Assembly: GCA_044345815.1 (NCBI GenBank)
Contig: JBIJAI010000004.1
Coordinates: 2,585-66,584 of the forward strand
From: Rhodoluna sp.
GTDB lineage: Bacteria; Actinomycetota; Actinomycetes; Actinomycetales; Microbacteriaceae
Direction of reading: 5' to 3'
Length of the DNA stretch: 64,000 bases
In this document: one piece after another, positions 40,226 to 49,581 of the stretch
Numbering within the stretch: position 1 is the first letter of the stretch
Layout of the letters: the number at the start of each line of letters is the position of its first letter
The notes under the pieces: generated by a model
Databases searched by the model: none
Told to the model about the DNA's origin: nothing
Seen by the model: only the letters and a program-made list of their open reading frames with translations
Program-made: the position numbers and the translations under genes

Positions 40226-43096
40226 ATGACTCAAGCAACTGCTGCACCTTTGGGCCGACCGAGGGTTTCGCCTGCAACCATCGCACTGGTGATTCTGGTT
40301 GGAATCGGTGCGATCTTGTTCAGCGTCGCTGATTTGTACACCAACGTGCTTTGGTTTGACCAGCTTGGTTTCTTGAGTGTCCTAACTACTCAGATTTTTG
40401 CTCAGTCGGCGCTGTTTACAGCAGGTGCGGTTTCGTTTGCACTGATAACTGGTGTGAGCTTGTGGCTGGCATATCGATTTAGACCCGTTTACATCCGCTT
40501 TCCTGACGAGAACTCTCCTTTTGAGCAGTACCGACAGTTGCTTGAGCAACTTCGTCGTGTAGTGATGATTGGTGTACCTCTAGGTCTTGGTGTTTTGGCT
40601 GGACTCGCCGTTTCACCTTCTTGGGGAATTGTTCTTAGTTACTTGAACAGAACACCATTTGGAGAAACTGACCCACAGTTTGGTTTGGACATTGCTTTCT
40701 ACATCTTTGAACTTCCATTTCTAGTTGGCCTGGTTGGTTTCCTATCTGGTGCCTTATTGATCAGCTTGCTTTTGTCTGCAGGTGTTCACGTCATTTACGG
40801 CAGCATTAAGTTCAACGGTCGGGAGACTTTTGTTTCCAAGGCAGCCAGGATTCAAATTGGCCTGTTGGCGTTTTTGTACCTTCTAGTTCAGGGTGCATCA
40901 CTTTGGCTAGATCAGTTCTTGACTATGACTAGCTCAAGCGGTTTGTTCACCGGAGCTACTTACTCTGATGTCAACGCTGCAATCCCGGGCTTACAGATTC
41001 TTGCCATGATTTCAGTTGTTGTTGCCTTGCTGTTTTTACTTGCAGCCTTCGTTGGCAAGTGGCGCCTACCTGTAATCGCAACCGGTTTGATGGTTGTTAG
41101 CTCACTGATTCTTGGTGGATTGTTTCCTTGGGCAGTGCAGACTTTTCAGGTAGTTCCTAACGAGCGAACCCTAGAAGCGCCATACATCGACCGGAACCTT
41201 AAGGCCACTCGTGCTGCCTACGGTATCGATGAGATAACGAAAGTCGAATACAACGCGACAACCGATGCAACACCTGGGGCTTTGCGTGAGGATGCCGAAA
41301 CCACAGCTTCGATTCGAATCATTGATCCAGCTTTAGTTAGCTCGTCATTCAGGCAGCTTGAGCAGTTCCGTCAGTACTACAACTTCCCGAACTTGCTTGA
41401 TGTTGGCCGCTACAACATCGACGGAGTTGTTCAGGACACCGTGTTGGCTGTTCGTGAGCTAAACCAAGGCGGTCTTGGAGACTCACAGTCTTGGTACAAC
41501 AACACAATTGTTTACACCCACGGCTACGGAGTTGTTGCAGCTTATGGAAACCAGAGAACCGTTGATGGTCAACCAGTGTTTATGCAATCTGGTATCCCAA
41601 CCACTGGAAAGCTTGGCGACTATGAGCCTCGGGTTTACTTTGGTGAGAACTCACCGGCTTACTCAATCGTTGGAGCACCAGAGGGGGCTGAGCCTTTAGA
41701 GCTTGACTTCCCAGCTGGTGAGGGCGAGAACGACCAGACCTACAACACTTTCTCTGGTGAGGGTGGCCCAAACATCTCTGGAATCATTCCTCGTCTTGCA
41801 TACGCATTGAAGTTCCAGAGCGAGCAGATCTTGCTTTCTGATGCAATCAACTCTGAGTCACAGATTCTCTACGATCGCGACCCACGTCAGCGCGTTGCCG
41901 CGGTGGCACCGTTTTTGGAATTGGACTCCGATGTTTATCCAGCCATCGTTGATGGAAAGCTACTTTGGATTGTTGATGGATACACCACTTCCAACAACTA
42001 CCCATACTCTCGCTCCGAGGAGTTGGCCCAGATTGTTTCGGACAGCAACTCACCTGGTGTGTTCCTTAGAGGCCAGGTCAACTACATTCGCAACTCTGTG
42101 AAGGCAACCGTTGACGCTTACGACGGCAAGGTGACTTTGTATGAGTGGGACGAGAAAGACCCAATCCTAAAAACCTGGATGAAGATTTTCCCAGACACTA
42201 TTCAGCCGCTTTCTTCGATGTCTGGAGAGTTGCTTTCACACGTAAGGTACCCAGCTGATCTGTTCAAGGTTCAGCGCGCACTACTTGGTAGCTACCACGT
42301 TGACGAAGCTGGAGCTTTCTACTCTCAGCAGGACGCTTGGATGACGCCGAACGATCCAGTTGGTGGTCAAGGAATTGGTGCATTGCAGCCGCCTTACTAC
42401 CTAACTATGCAGGTGCCAGGCACCGAGTCTCCAGAGTTCTCGATCTACTCAACATTTATTCCAAGATCCACAGGTGAATCATCCAGAAACGTACTAACCG
42501 GCTACTTGGTTGCCAATGCCAATGCTGGTACTGAAGACGGAAAGAAGTCCGAAGAGTACGGAAGGCTCACACTGCTGACCCTGCCAAAGAGCACGATTGT
42601 TCCAGGACCTGGACAGGTTCAAAACAATTTCAACGCCGACTCTGAAGTCTCCAGGTTGCTAAACATTCTGAGACAGGGGTCAACCAGGGTTCTTAACGGA
42701 AACCTATTGACTCTTCCTGTTGGCGGAGGTTTGTTATACGTTCAGCCGGTTTACATCCAGTCCACCGGTGAAACCAGCTTCCCATTGCTCCAGAAGATCT
42801 TGGTAGCATTCGGTGACCAGATTGCCTTCGAGGACACTTTGGACCAGGCGCTTACTTCACTGTTTGGTTCTTCCGGCATGAACCCAGCACCTACTCCAAC
42901 CGATCCTGATGCCTCGCCAACTGAGCCTGGAACTGATGCTCCAGTTTCACCGAACCTAGAGCTTGCTTTGCAGCAGGCACTAGAAGCTATCCAAGAGAAG
43001 GAAGCTGCAATGGCTGCCGGAGACTGGACCGCATTTGGTAAAGCGGAGGAAAAACTCAAGCGAGCAATCCAAGCTGCCTTGGATGCTGGCCGATAG
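40226..43096 (+). CDS. UPF0182 family membrane protein
   Basis: LWFDQLGF, DPQFGLDIAFYIF.LP, YTHGYG, PRVYFGE, NYIRNSVKATVDAYDG, GNLLTLP. Confidence 0.95.
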   Translation: MTQATAAPLGRPRVSPATIALVILVGIGAILFSVADLYTNVLWFDQLGFLSVLTTQIFAQSALFTAGAVSFALITGVSLWLAYRFRPVYIRFPDENSPFEQYRQLLEQLRRVVMIGVPLGLGVLAGLAVSPSWGIVLSYLNRTPFGETDPQFGLDIAFYIFELPFLVGLVGFLSGALLISLLLSAGVHVIYGSIKFNGRETFVSKAARIQIGLLAFLYLLVQGASLWLDQFLTMTSSSGLFTGATYSDVNAAIPGLQILAMISVVVALLFLLAAFVGKWRLPVIATGLMVVSSLILGGLFPWAVQTFQVVPNERTLEAPYIDRNLKATRAAYGIDEITKVEYNATTDATPGALREDAETTASIRIIDPALVSSSFRQLEQFRQYYNFPNLLDVGRYNIDGVVQDTVLAVRELNQGGLGDSQSWYNNTIVYTHGYGVVAAYGNQRTVDGQPVFMQSGIPTTGKLGDYEPRVYFGENSPAYSIVGAPEGAEPLELDFPAGEGENDQTYNTFSGEGGPNISGIIPRLAYALKFQSEQILLSDAINSESQILYDRDPRQRVAAVAPFLELDSDVYPAIVDGKLLWIVDGYTTSNNYPYSRSEELAQIVSDSNSPGVFLRGQVNYIRNSVKATVDAYDGKVTLYEWDEKDPILKTWMKIFPDTIQPLSSMSGELLSHVRYPADLFKVQRALLGSYHVDEAGAFYSQQDAWMTPNDPVGGQGIGALQPPYYLTMQVPGTESPEFSIYSTFIPRSTGESSRNVLTGYLVANANAGTEDGKKSEEYGRLTLLTLPKSTIVPGPGQVQNNFNADSEVSRLLNILRQGSTRVLNGNLLTLPVGGGLLYVQPVYIQSTGETSFPLLQKILVAFGDQIAFEDTLDQALTSLFGSSGMNPAPTPTDPDASPTEPGTDAPVSPNLELALQQALEAIQEKEAAMAAGDWTAFGKAEEKLKRAIQAALDAGR

Positions 43097-43140
43097 GAGT
43101 TGGCAGCACAAGCTTCAAAAGTGGTAGATTAGAACTTCGC

Positions 43141-43217
43141 CGCGGGGTGGAGCAGTTCGGTAGCTCGCCGGGCTCATAACCCGGAGGTCGTAGGTTCAAA
43201 TCCTGCCCCCGCAACCA
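43141..43217 (+). tRNA. initiator tRNA-fMet (CAT)
   Basis: C1:A72 mismatch, three G-C pairs in the anticodon stem (GGG-CT-CAT-AA-CCC), encoded CCA. Confidence 0.97.
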
Positions 43218-43222
43218 CTTGT

Positions 43223-43250
43223 AAAACCCCATCCATTGGATGGGGTTTTT
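43223..43250 (+). terminator. intrinsic terminator after tRNA-fMet
   Basis: AAAACCCCATCC-att-GGATGGGGTTTTT perfect inverted repeat with A/T tails. Confidence 0.85.
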
Positions 43251-43302
43251 ACTTTGTGGACAATTTCTGCAAATAATCGCAATCTGATTTAGCGTCTCCG
43301 AC

Positions 43303-44283
43303 ATGAGAAAAATTCAGCAGGCAAGTTTTGGTTTAGCAAGTATTTTGGTGGCAGCTGCACTGGTGGGATTTGATTCCCAAATCGCAACCGCATGTTCGGG
43401 AGGCGGCTCATCAAGCTCAGGTCTAAGCCATGGGTCAAAGATGGGCTCGGGCTCGGTAACAGTTTGTGTTGGTTCATCCAGTTCGTCCCCAGCATCAACT
43501 ACAACTCAAACCATCACAAAGACAGTGACGGTTCCGGTTCCGCCAAAACCAAAACCCGCACCCAAGCCAGCTCCCAAACCGGCAGCTAAACCGGTTGCTA
43601 CTTCGGCCCCTAAGCCTGTTGCCCAGGTGAGTTGTCCAAGTCCATCCCAAATGGCAAGTATGCCTCGCTCAGCGGATGCTGCGGAGCGCTGGGTTCAAAC
43701 GGTGTGCTCGCCTAATCCGAAAGTGGTAGCGGCTCCAAAGCCAGCGCCTAAACCGGCCTTGAAAACTAAGAAAGTCACAATCACCGAGACCATCACCCTT
43801 GAGACCCCTGGTAGTTTCACTTCTAGCGCAGATGCCGTCGAGTTCTCACCCAACGAGTTAGTAGCGTCAGTATTTCCTGCCAAGATTCTCAGCATCGGCC
43901 AGTTTGCCAAGTTCTCATCCAACCCAAGCTCACATTTTGGATCAGCGATGGTTTTAGGTAGGCAAGCGGAAGTGCACTTCGTGCCCGCAGGCTCAAGTTG
44001 GAAATTCAGCGACAGTACTTCTTTGGTTGGGGTTGATACCCAGAAAGCTTTCCGGTCGGCCGGTAAGTATCGAGCACAGGCATTTGTTGAATACCAGGTT
44101 AGCTATCGACTTTTGGGCGAAAGCGCTTGGGAAGCAGTCGAAGGCACCCTCTTGATCGAGAGCAACACGCTCGAGGTGTCAGTTGGTGCCTTCAATTTCA
44201 AGGCTGACCAGAGCACCCAAGGAGCCTTGCTGGTTGGAGCCGATTGCATCGGTCGGGAAGGGGCATTCGGCTGCAACACTTAG
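43303..44283 (+). CDS. secreted Pro/Lys-rich protein with C-terminal PKD/Ig-like domain
   Basis: Signal peptide, KPAP repeats, F.P....WKFSD....G....F...G.Y.....V.Y...YR..G...W..V.G pattern, terminal LLV.ADC..GC. Confidence 0.75.
   Translation: MRKIQQASFGLASILVAAALVGFDSQIATACSGGGSSSSGLSHGSKMGSGSVTVCVGSSSSSPASTTTQTITKTVTVPVPPKPKPAPKPAPKPAAKPVATSAPKPVAQVSCPSPSQMASMPRSADAAERWVQTVCSPNPKVVAAPKPAPKPALKTKKVTITETITLETPGSFTSSADAVEFSPNELVASVFPAKILSIGQFAKFSSNPSSHFGSAMVLGRQAEVHFVPAGSSWKFSDSTSLVGVDTQKAFRSAGKYRAQAFVEYQVSYRLLGESAWEAVEGTLLIESNTLEVSVGAFNFKADQSTQGALLVGADCIGREGAFGCNT
43541..43620 (+). repeat. degenerate 12-bp tandem repeat encoding (K)PAP units
   Basis: aaacccgcaccc aagccagctccc aaaccggcagct aaaccggttgct; second block near 43731-43760. 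Confidence 0.6.
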
Positions 44284-44378
44284 CAAGTTCAGGGGAATCT
44301 ATCTGGCTGGTTTAGGGTTTCTCTCAGTATCTGTTCAGACAAATTTGTCATTATTGGAGCAGACGAAAGGCCACCGCA

Positions 44379-45617
44379 TTGACCAAGCCAGAACTTGATC
44401 CAACCTCGCTCAGTCGCAAGAACAGCTATAACAATCAGTTCCTGTTCGATCCGCCGGCAACGCTCAGCCCCGCCAAGGCTAAGAAGAAGCGAGTTCGCGA
44501 AAAGCGGCTTACCTTTTTTACTGCTACTTCGGTTGCGCTGCTCGGAGCTATCATCGGAGCATCGGTAGGGGCTGGAGCAGGAGTAGTTGCGCACAACTAC
44601 CTAACTCGCCCCGCTGCAATTGTTGTGAACGACCTAGAAAACGTGAATTGGGCTACCGCTGCCTCTGCAACTGCGGCTCCTGCAGTTGTGACAATCAGGG
44701 TCTCTGGTTTCTCCTCTGGGGGAAACGGTTCTGGGGTAGTGCTATCAAGTGATGGCTACATACTTACTAACGCTCACGTTGTGAGTGTCAACGGAAGCAC
44801 CGAAAATGTTCGACTTTCAATAAGGACCAATGATGGGGGAGTGTTTCCAGCAAAGTTGGTTGGCGCAGACCCAACCAATGATCTTGCGGTAGTGAAGATC
44901 GAGCCAACTAAACCACTAACTCCCATTGTTTTTGGTGACTCAACCCTTTTGAATGTTGGCGACCAAGTGGTTGCCATCGGAGCTCCGCTGGGGCTCGAGG
45001 CCTCGGTGACTCGAGGAATTATTTCGGCGTTGAACCGCACCATCCAAGTTGCTTCATCTGAATCTCCTGATCAAAGCAGTCTTGAGTTTTGGTCAGGAAA
45101 TGCTGGAAGACCAATCAACTTGAACGTGATTCAAACCGATGCTGCAATCAACCCTGGAAACTCGGGTGGCGCGTTAGTGAACGAGCAAGGGGAATTAGTG
45201 GGCATAAATGTTGCAATCGCCAGTGCAGGCTCTTTCGCCCAGTCAGGAAACATTGGCGTGGGATTTGCAATTCCAGCTAATCTCGCCAAGCGTATTGCCA
45301 GCGAAATAATCGAAACCGGAGACGCAAGTCACGGCTTGCTTGGCGCATTGGTTTCTGACGCTATGTCATCTGATGACGGAGCAGGTTTTCCAATAGGAGT
45401 CACAGTTGTTGAGATAACACCTGGCGGATCTGCAGAAGAAGCTGGAATCTTGCCGGGTGATGTGATCACCACAATCAACGGAAAGCCTGTCACTACAGCT
45501 AGTGAACTAACTGCAGCCGTGCGGCAAGAGCCTGCTGGTTCAAGAGTTAAGATCGAAGCATTGCGAGAAGAAATCAAGCTAAGTTTTGATGTCATCTTGC
45601 AAGATGCGCAAAACTAG
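44379..45617 (+). CDS. HtrA/PepD-like S1C serine protease with PDZ domain
   Basis: TM anchor, GSGVV, TNAHVV, DLAVVK, QTDAAINPGNSGG, C-terminal PDZ. Confidence 0.93.
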   Translation: MTKPELDPTSLSRKNSYNNQFLFDPPATLSPAKAKKKRVREKRLTFFTATSVALLGAIIGASVGAGAGVVAHNYLTRPAAIVVNDLENVNWATAASATAAPAVVTIRVSGFSSGGNGSGVVLSSDGYILTNAHVVSVNGSTENVRLSIRTNDGGVFPAKLVGADPTNDLAVVKIEPTKPLTPIVFGDSTLLNVGDQVVAIGAPLGLEASVTRGIISALNRTIQVASSESPDQSSLEFWSGNAGRPINLNVIQTDAAINPGNSGGALVNEQGELVGINVAIASAGSFAQSGNIGVGFAIPANLAKRIASEIIETGDASHGLLGALVSDAMSSDDGAGFPIGVTVVEITPGGSAEEAGILPGDVITTINGKPVTTASELTAAVRQEPAGSRVKIEALREEIKLSFDVILQDAQN

Positions 45618-45625
45618 AGCCGAAG

Positions 45626-45901
45626 GTGATCCAAGTGAATCAGAGCGCACCTACTGAAACCAGCGAGTTTGGTACCGACACCACTACCGCACCCAAGCTT
45701 GTTGAACCAGGCGATCACGAGCGATTTTCTCACTACGTCAAGAAAGAGAAGATTGTCGAGTCAGCTGTTATGGGAACACCCGTGATTGCACTCTGCGGCA
45801 AAGTGTGGGTACCAGGCAGGGACCCAAAGAATTTTCCGATTTGTCCAGCGTGCAAGGAGATTCACTCCAAGCTAAGACCTGGCGACGAAGACAAAAACTA
45901 A
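45626..45901 (+). CDS. DUF3039 domain protein
   Basis: EPGDHERFSHYV.KEKI.ESA..G.PV.ALCGK.W.P.RDP..FPICP.CKEI. Confidence 0.9.
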   Translation: MIQVNQSAPTETSEFGTDTTTAPKLVEPGDHERFSHYVKKEKIVESAVMGTPVIALCGKVWVPGRDPKNFPICPACKEIHSKLRPGDEDKN

Positions 45902-47193
45902 ACGAACCTAGTTGGTATTGCAGGCTCGCCCTTGATTAGACGGTGAGCGCTTGCAGGAAGCTCAGCCTTTACTTTCGCGTGGTGAGCTCTCGCTGATTCA
46001 ACCCCGGCTACCCCAACCAAGTCTTTTTGGATTTCACCTTGGATTACCAGATCAACCAATAGCGACCTATCGCCTTGAGACAAGGTTGGATTCGATGCGG
46101 AAACTAATTCCGCAGTTGCAACGTGGTTCTCGTGGGAGCGAACGGCATGCTTTTTTCCGCCGTGGTTGGTTTTTTTGGCTGATTGCTTTGAAACCTCGTG
46201 CCACTGACCGGACTCGTCCTGGTATGCAACCATTTTGTATACAAACCCAGCTGCCGGAACTCCCGAGCCGGTAACAACCGAAGTTCCAACACCGTAGGCG
46301 TCAACTGGCGCGGCGGCCAAGGATGCAATTGCAAATTCGTCAAGATCGTTGGTCACCGTTATTTTTGTTTCGCGGGCTCCAAGTTTGTCCAGCAAAGCTC
46401 TAGCCTTTGCTACTTCGATTGGTAGATCACCTGAATCGATTCTTACACCGCCGAGTTTCGTGCCGGCAACACTGATGGCATTTTCGATGCCCGCTTCAAT
46501 GTTGTAGGTGTCAACTAGGAACGTTGTGTTTTCACCGAAGGCTTCGAGTTGAGCCGCGAATGCTTGAGTTTCACTGTCATGCAACAAAGTGAAGGCATGA
46601 GATGCGGTTCCCATGGTTTTGATTCCAAAGCTTCGGCCTGCTTCAAGATTTGATGTTGCGCTAAAGCCTGCGATGTATGCAGCTCTTGCGGCCGCGACGG
46701 CTGAGGATTCACCAGTTCTTCGAGAACCCATTTCAGATACTGGCCTGGAACCAGCAGCTGTGACCATCCTGGCCGCAGCGCTTGCAACGGCACTGTCATA
46801 GTTCAGAACTGAAAGGATCAGAGTTTCGAGAATTACAGCTTCGGCAAAGCTTGCCTCCACAATCAGAACTGGGGAGTACGGAAAATAAATTTCGCCTTCG
46901 GCGTAGCCGTGGATGTCTCCTGAAAACTTGTAATCAGCTAGCCATGTGGCCGTAGATTCGTCGATGATGTTTTCAGCTAGCAGCCAATTGATTTCATCTT
47001 TTGAGAATCGAAACTGCTTTACTAGTTCAAGGAGTCGACCGGTTCCTGCAAAGACTCCGTAGCGCCTGCCCCCAGCAAGTGTTCTTGAGAAAACCTCAAA
47101 CACACCCTTGCGATGAGCTTTTCCAGACTTTAGTGCCGCTTGGAGCATGGTCAGCTCGTAGCGGTCAGTAAGTAAGGCGGTAGTGGAAAGCAC
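45898..47193 (-). CDS. pncB: nicotinate phosphoribosyltransferase
   Basis: LLTDRYELTM, EMGSRR, GTASH, LVDTY, VRIDSGD, YGVGT. Confidence 0.95.
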   Translation of the reverse strand: MLSTTALLTDRYELTMLQAALKSGKAHRKGVFEVFSRTLAGGRRYGVFAGTGRLLELVKQFRFSKDEINWLLAENIIDESTATWLADYKFSGDIHGYAEGEIYFPYSPVLIVEASFAEAVILETLILSVLNYDSAVASAAARMVTAAGSRPVSEMGSRRTGESSAVAAARAAYIAGFSATSNLEAGRSFGIKTMGTASHAFTLLHDSETQAFAAQLEAFGENTTFLVDTYNIEAGIENAISVAGTKLGGVRIDSGDLPIEVAKARALLDKLGARETKITVTNDLDEFAIASLAAAPVDAYGVGTSVVTGSGVPAAGFVYKMVAYQDESGQWHEVSKQSAKKTNHGGKKHAVRSHENHVATAELVSASNPTLSQGDRSLLVDLVIQGEIQKDLVGVAGVESARAHHAKVKAELPASAHRLIKGEPAIPTRFV

Positions 47194-47234
47194 GTGATAA
47201 GCCTAGCCCGAGGGGCTCGCAATAGAATTGGGGC

Positions 47235-48047
47235 GTGAATGAACCTCAAGCCAGCGCACCAATTGGAGTCTTCGACTCTGGCGTCGGGGGACTCACCGTA
47301 GCGCGAGCCATCATCGATCAGCTTCCAAATGAGTCAATTATTTACGTTGGCGATACCGCCAACACTCCCTATGGACCCAGGCCACTTTCTGAAGTTCGCG
47401 AGCTCGCGCTAGCAGTGATGGACAAACTCGTTGACGAAGGTGTGAAGGTTTTGGTCATCGCGTGCAACTCAGCATCAGCTGCGGTGCTAAGGGACGCTCG
47501 CGAAAGATACACGGAAGGCCGTGGGATTGCAGTAGTTGAAGTAATCCAACCTGCCGTCCGTAGAGCAGTTGCTTCAACCTCAAATGGAAAAGTCGGAGTG
47601 ATTGGCACTCAGGCAACAATTGCGTCGAAAGCCTACGACGATGCATTCGCTGCTGCAGTAGATGTTGAGTTAGTTAGCGCAGCCTGCCCAAGCTTTGTTG
47701 AATTTGTCGAAAAGGGAATAACCAGCGGCCCGGAAATTATCTCGGCAGCCAGAACGTACCTAGCACCTCTAAAGGAAGCTGGTGTAGACACTCTCGTTTT
47801 GGGTTGTACGCACTACCCATTGCTCACCGGTGCACTTTCGCTAGTGATGGGCGATGGTGTCACTCTGGTTTCATCGGCCGAAGAAACCGCAAAAGATCTC
47901 TACAAGGTATTGGTCGATAACGATTTACTTAGAACTGATTCAGCTTCGCCAACGCTGAGCTTTAGAGCAACCGGCGATGCTGCCAGCTTTGAGAAGTTGG
48001 CCAAGCGGTTCTTGGGCCCAGAAGTTTCCAAAGTGGAAAAGCTTTAG
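47235..48047 (+). CDS. murI: glutamate racemase
   Basis: [26 protein letters not shown]. Confidence 0.96.
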   Translation: MNEPQASAPIGVFDSGVGGLTVARAIIDQLPNESIIYVGDTANTPYGPRPLSEVRELALAVMDKLVDEGVKVLVIACNSASAAVLRDARERYTEGRGIAVVEVIQPAVRRAVASTSNGKVGVIGTQATIASKAYDDAFAAAVDVELVSAACPSFVEFVEKGITSGPEIISAARTYLAPLKEAGVDTLVLGCTHYPLLTGALSLVMGDGVTLVSSAEETAKDLYKVLVDNDLLRTDSASPTLSFRATGDAASFEKLAKRFLGPEVSKVEKL

Positions 48048-48068
48048 AAAAAGGAATAGGAATACAAC

Positions 48069-48803
48069 TTGCAAAGAGTAGATGGGCGATCACCAGATCA
48101 GCTTCGAAAAGTAACAGTTGAAAGAGGCTGGTCCTCGCACGCTGAAGGTTCAGCCCTGATTAGCTTTGGTGAGACAAGAGTTCTTTGCACAGCCTCATTT
48201 ACCAATGGCGTTCCACGTTGGAAAGTTGGCAAGGGCGAAGGTTGGGTGACAGCTGAGTATTCAATGTTGCCGCGTGCAACTCACGACAGATCTGACCGCG
48301 AAGCAGTAAAAGGAAAAATTGGCGGCCGCACTCACGAGATTTCACGCTTGATTGGAAGGGCTCTTCGCTCGGTCGTTGATTTTAAGGCTTTAGGCGAAAA
48401 CACCATCGTTATTGACTGTGATGTTTTGCAGGCTGATGGCGGAACTAGAACTGCTGCGATTACAGGTGCATACATAGCGCTTGTTGATGCAATCGAGTGG
48501 GGTAAGCAACAGAAGTTCATCTCAGAAAAAAAGCAGCCCCTGTCAGATAGCATCGCCGCTATTTCGGTTGGAATCATCGATAAGGTACCGATGCTTGATT
48601 TGGCTTACACCGAGGACGTTAGGGCAGAAACCGACATGAACGTTGTCGTGACCGGCTCCGGAAAGTTTGTTGAGGTTCAGGGTACTGCTGAGGCCGCTCC
48701 ATTTGACCGCGCTGAATTGAACGCTCTTTTGGATCTTGCGTTAAAGGGAACTGCAGAGCTAACTGCATTGCAGGCTCAGATTCTAGAAAGTCCGAGACCA
48801 TAA
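48069..48803 (+). CDS. rph: ribonuclease PH
   Basis: [40 protein letters not shown]. Confidence 0.96.
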   Translation: MQRVDGRSPDQLRKVTVERGWSSHAEGSALISFGETRVLCTASFTNGVPRWKVGKGEGWVTAEYSMLPRATHDRSDREAVKGKIGGRTHEISRLIGRALRSVVDFKALGENTIVIDCDVLQADGGTRTAAITGAYIALVDAIEWGKQQKFISEKKQPLSDSIAAISVGIIDKVPMLDLAYTEDVRAETDMNVVVTGSGKFVEVQGTAEAAPFDRAELNALLDLALKGTAELTALQAQILESPRP

Positions 48804-48805
48804 AG

Positions 48806-49381
48806 TTGGAGCTTGTTCTAGCAACCCACAACCCGCACAAGGTGAAAGAAGTGGCTGCTATTTTGGAGCCGATTGTTCCCGGGCTTTCGATGCTTGGCTA
48901 TGACGGACCAGAGCCCGTGGAAGACGGCACAACTTTTCTGGAGAATTCTTTGATTAAGGCTAGGGCTGCCTTCGTTCACACCGGCAAAGCGTCAATTGCT
49001 GATGACTCCGGAATCGCAGTTGAGATTCTTGGGGGATCGCCAGGGATTTTCTCGGCACGTTGGTCGGGTTCAAAAGATGATGTAAAAAATCGTCAGTTGC
49101 TTCTTGCGCAGTTAGCTGATGTTCCAGTAGGAAATCGTCAGGCAAGCTTCATCTGCACTATTTCACTTGTGAGCAAGGAAGGGGAGCAGAGCTTTACGGG
49201 AGTATGCCCAGGAAGAATTGCGTTTGCGGAATCGGGTGAAAATGGTTTCGGGTACGACCCAATCTTTATTCCTGAGGGCTTTGAGGTCACCACCGGGGAG
49301 TTGGAGCCGATGGTGAAGAACTCCATTAGTCATCGCTCTATGGCGCTTTCACAACTGGCTAGCTTTTTGCGCCCCCAGTAG
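48806..49381 (+). CDS. rdgB: non-canonical purine NTP pyrophosphatase (RdgB/HAM1)
   Basis: LATHNPHKVKE, ADDSG, GFGYDPIF, KNSISHR. Confidence 0.95.
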   Translation: MELVLATHNPHKVKEVAAILEPIVPGLSMLGYDGPEPVEDGTTFLENSLIKARAAFVHTGKASIADDSGIAVEILGGSPGIFSARWSGSKDDVKNRQLLLAQLADVPVGNRQASFICTISLVSKEGEQSFTGVCPGRIAFAESGENGFGYDPIFIPEGFEVTTGELEPMVKNSISHRSMALSQLASFLRPQ

Positions 49382-49441
49382 GATTCGAACCTACGCTCCC
49401 GCCTCCGGAGGGCGGTGCTCTATCCCCTGAGCTATGGGGGC
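49370..49441 (-). tRNA. tRNA-Arg (CCG)
   Basis: Reverse complement GCCCCCATAGCTCAGGGGATAGAGCA-CCGCC-CT-CCG-GA-GGCGG...GGTTCGAATCC..TGGGGGCG; divergent from argS. Confidence 0.95.
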
Positions 49442-49581
49442 AATGCTTGCTTCAGCCTAACAGCGTGGCTAGAAATGGGCCTTTCTCGGTATGCTTTGTA
49501 AGGAATTCCCTTTATTTACCTAAGGTGTTTCTCACCGCCGAGATCTTGAATTCATTTCGCTCCTACTCGTGAGGCAAAATC

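Noticed and set aside
43541-43760. Short tandem repeats as a possible CRISPR or contingency locus
   Set aside because: Degenerate at synonymous positions and in frame, so they are protein-level KPAP repeats; no spacers or cas genes.
43141-44378. Integrative element or prophage at tRNA-fMet
   Set aside because: No integrase, and no duplicated tRNA 3' end seen downstream; only a single accessory gene.
49442-49581. T-box or lysine riboswitch upstream of argS-lysA
   Set aside because: The leader after TATGCT (about 49490) is only about 80 nt and shows no T-box or lysine-riboswitch consensus.
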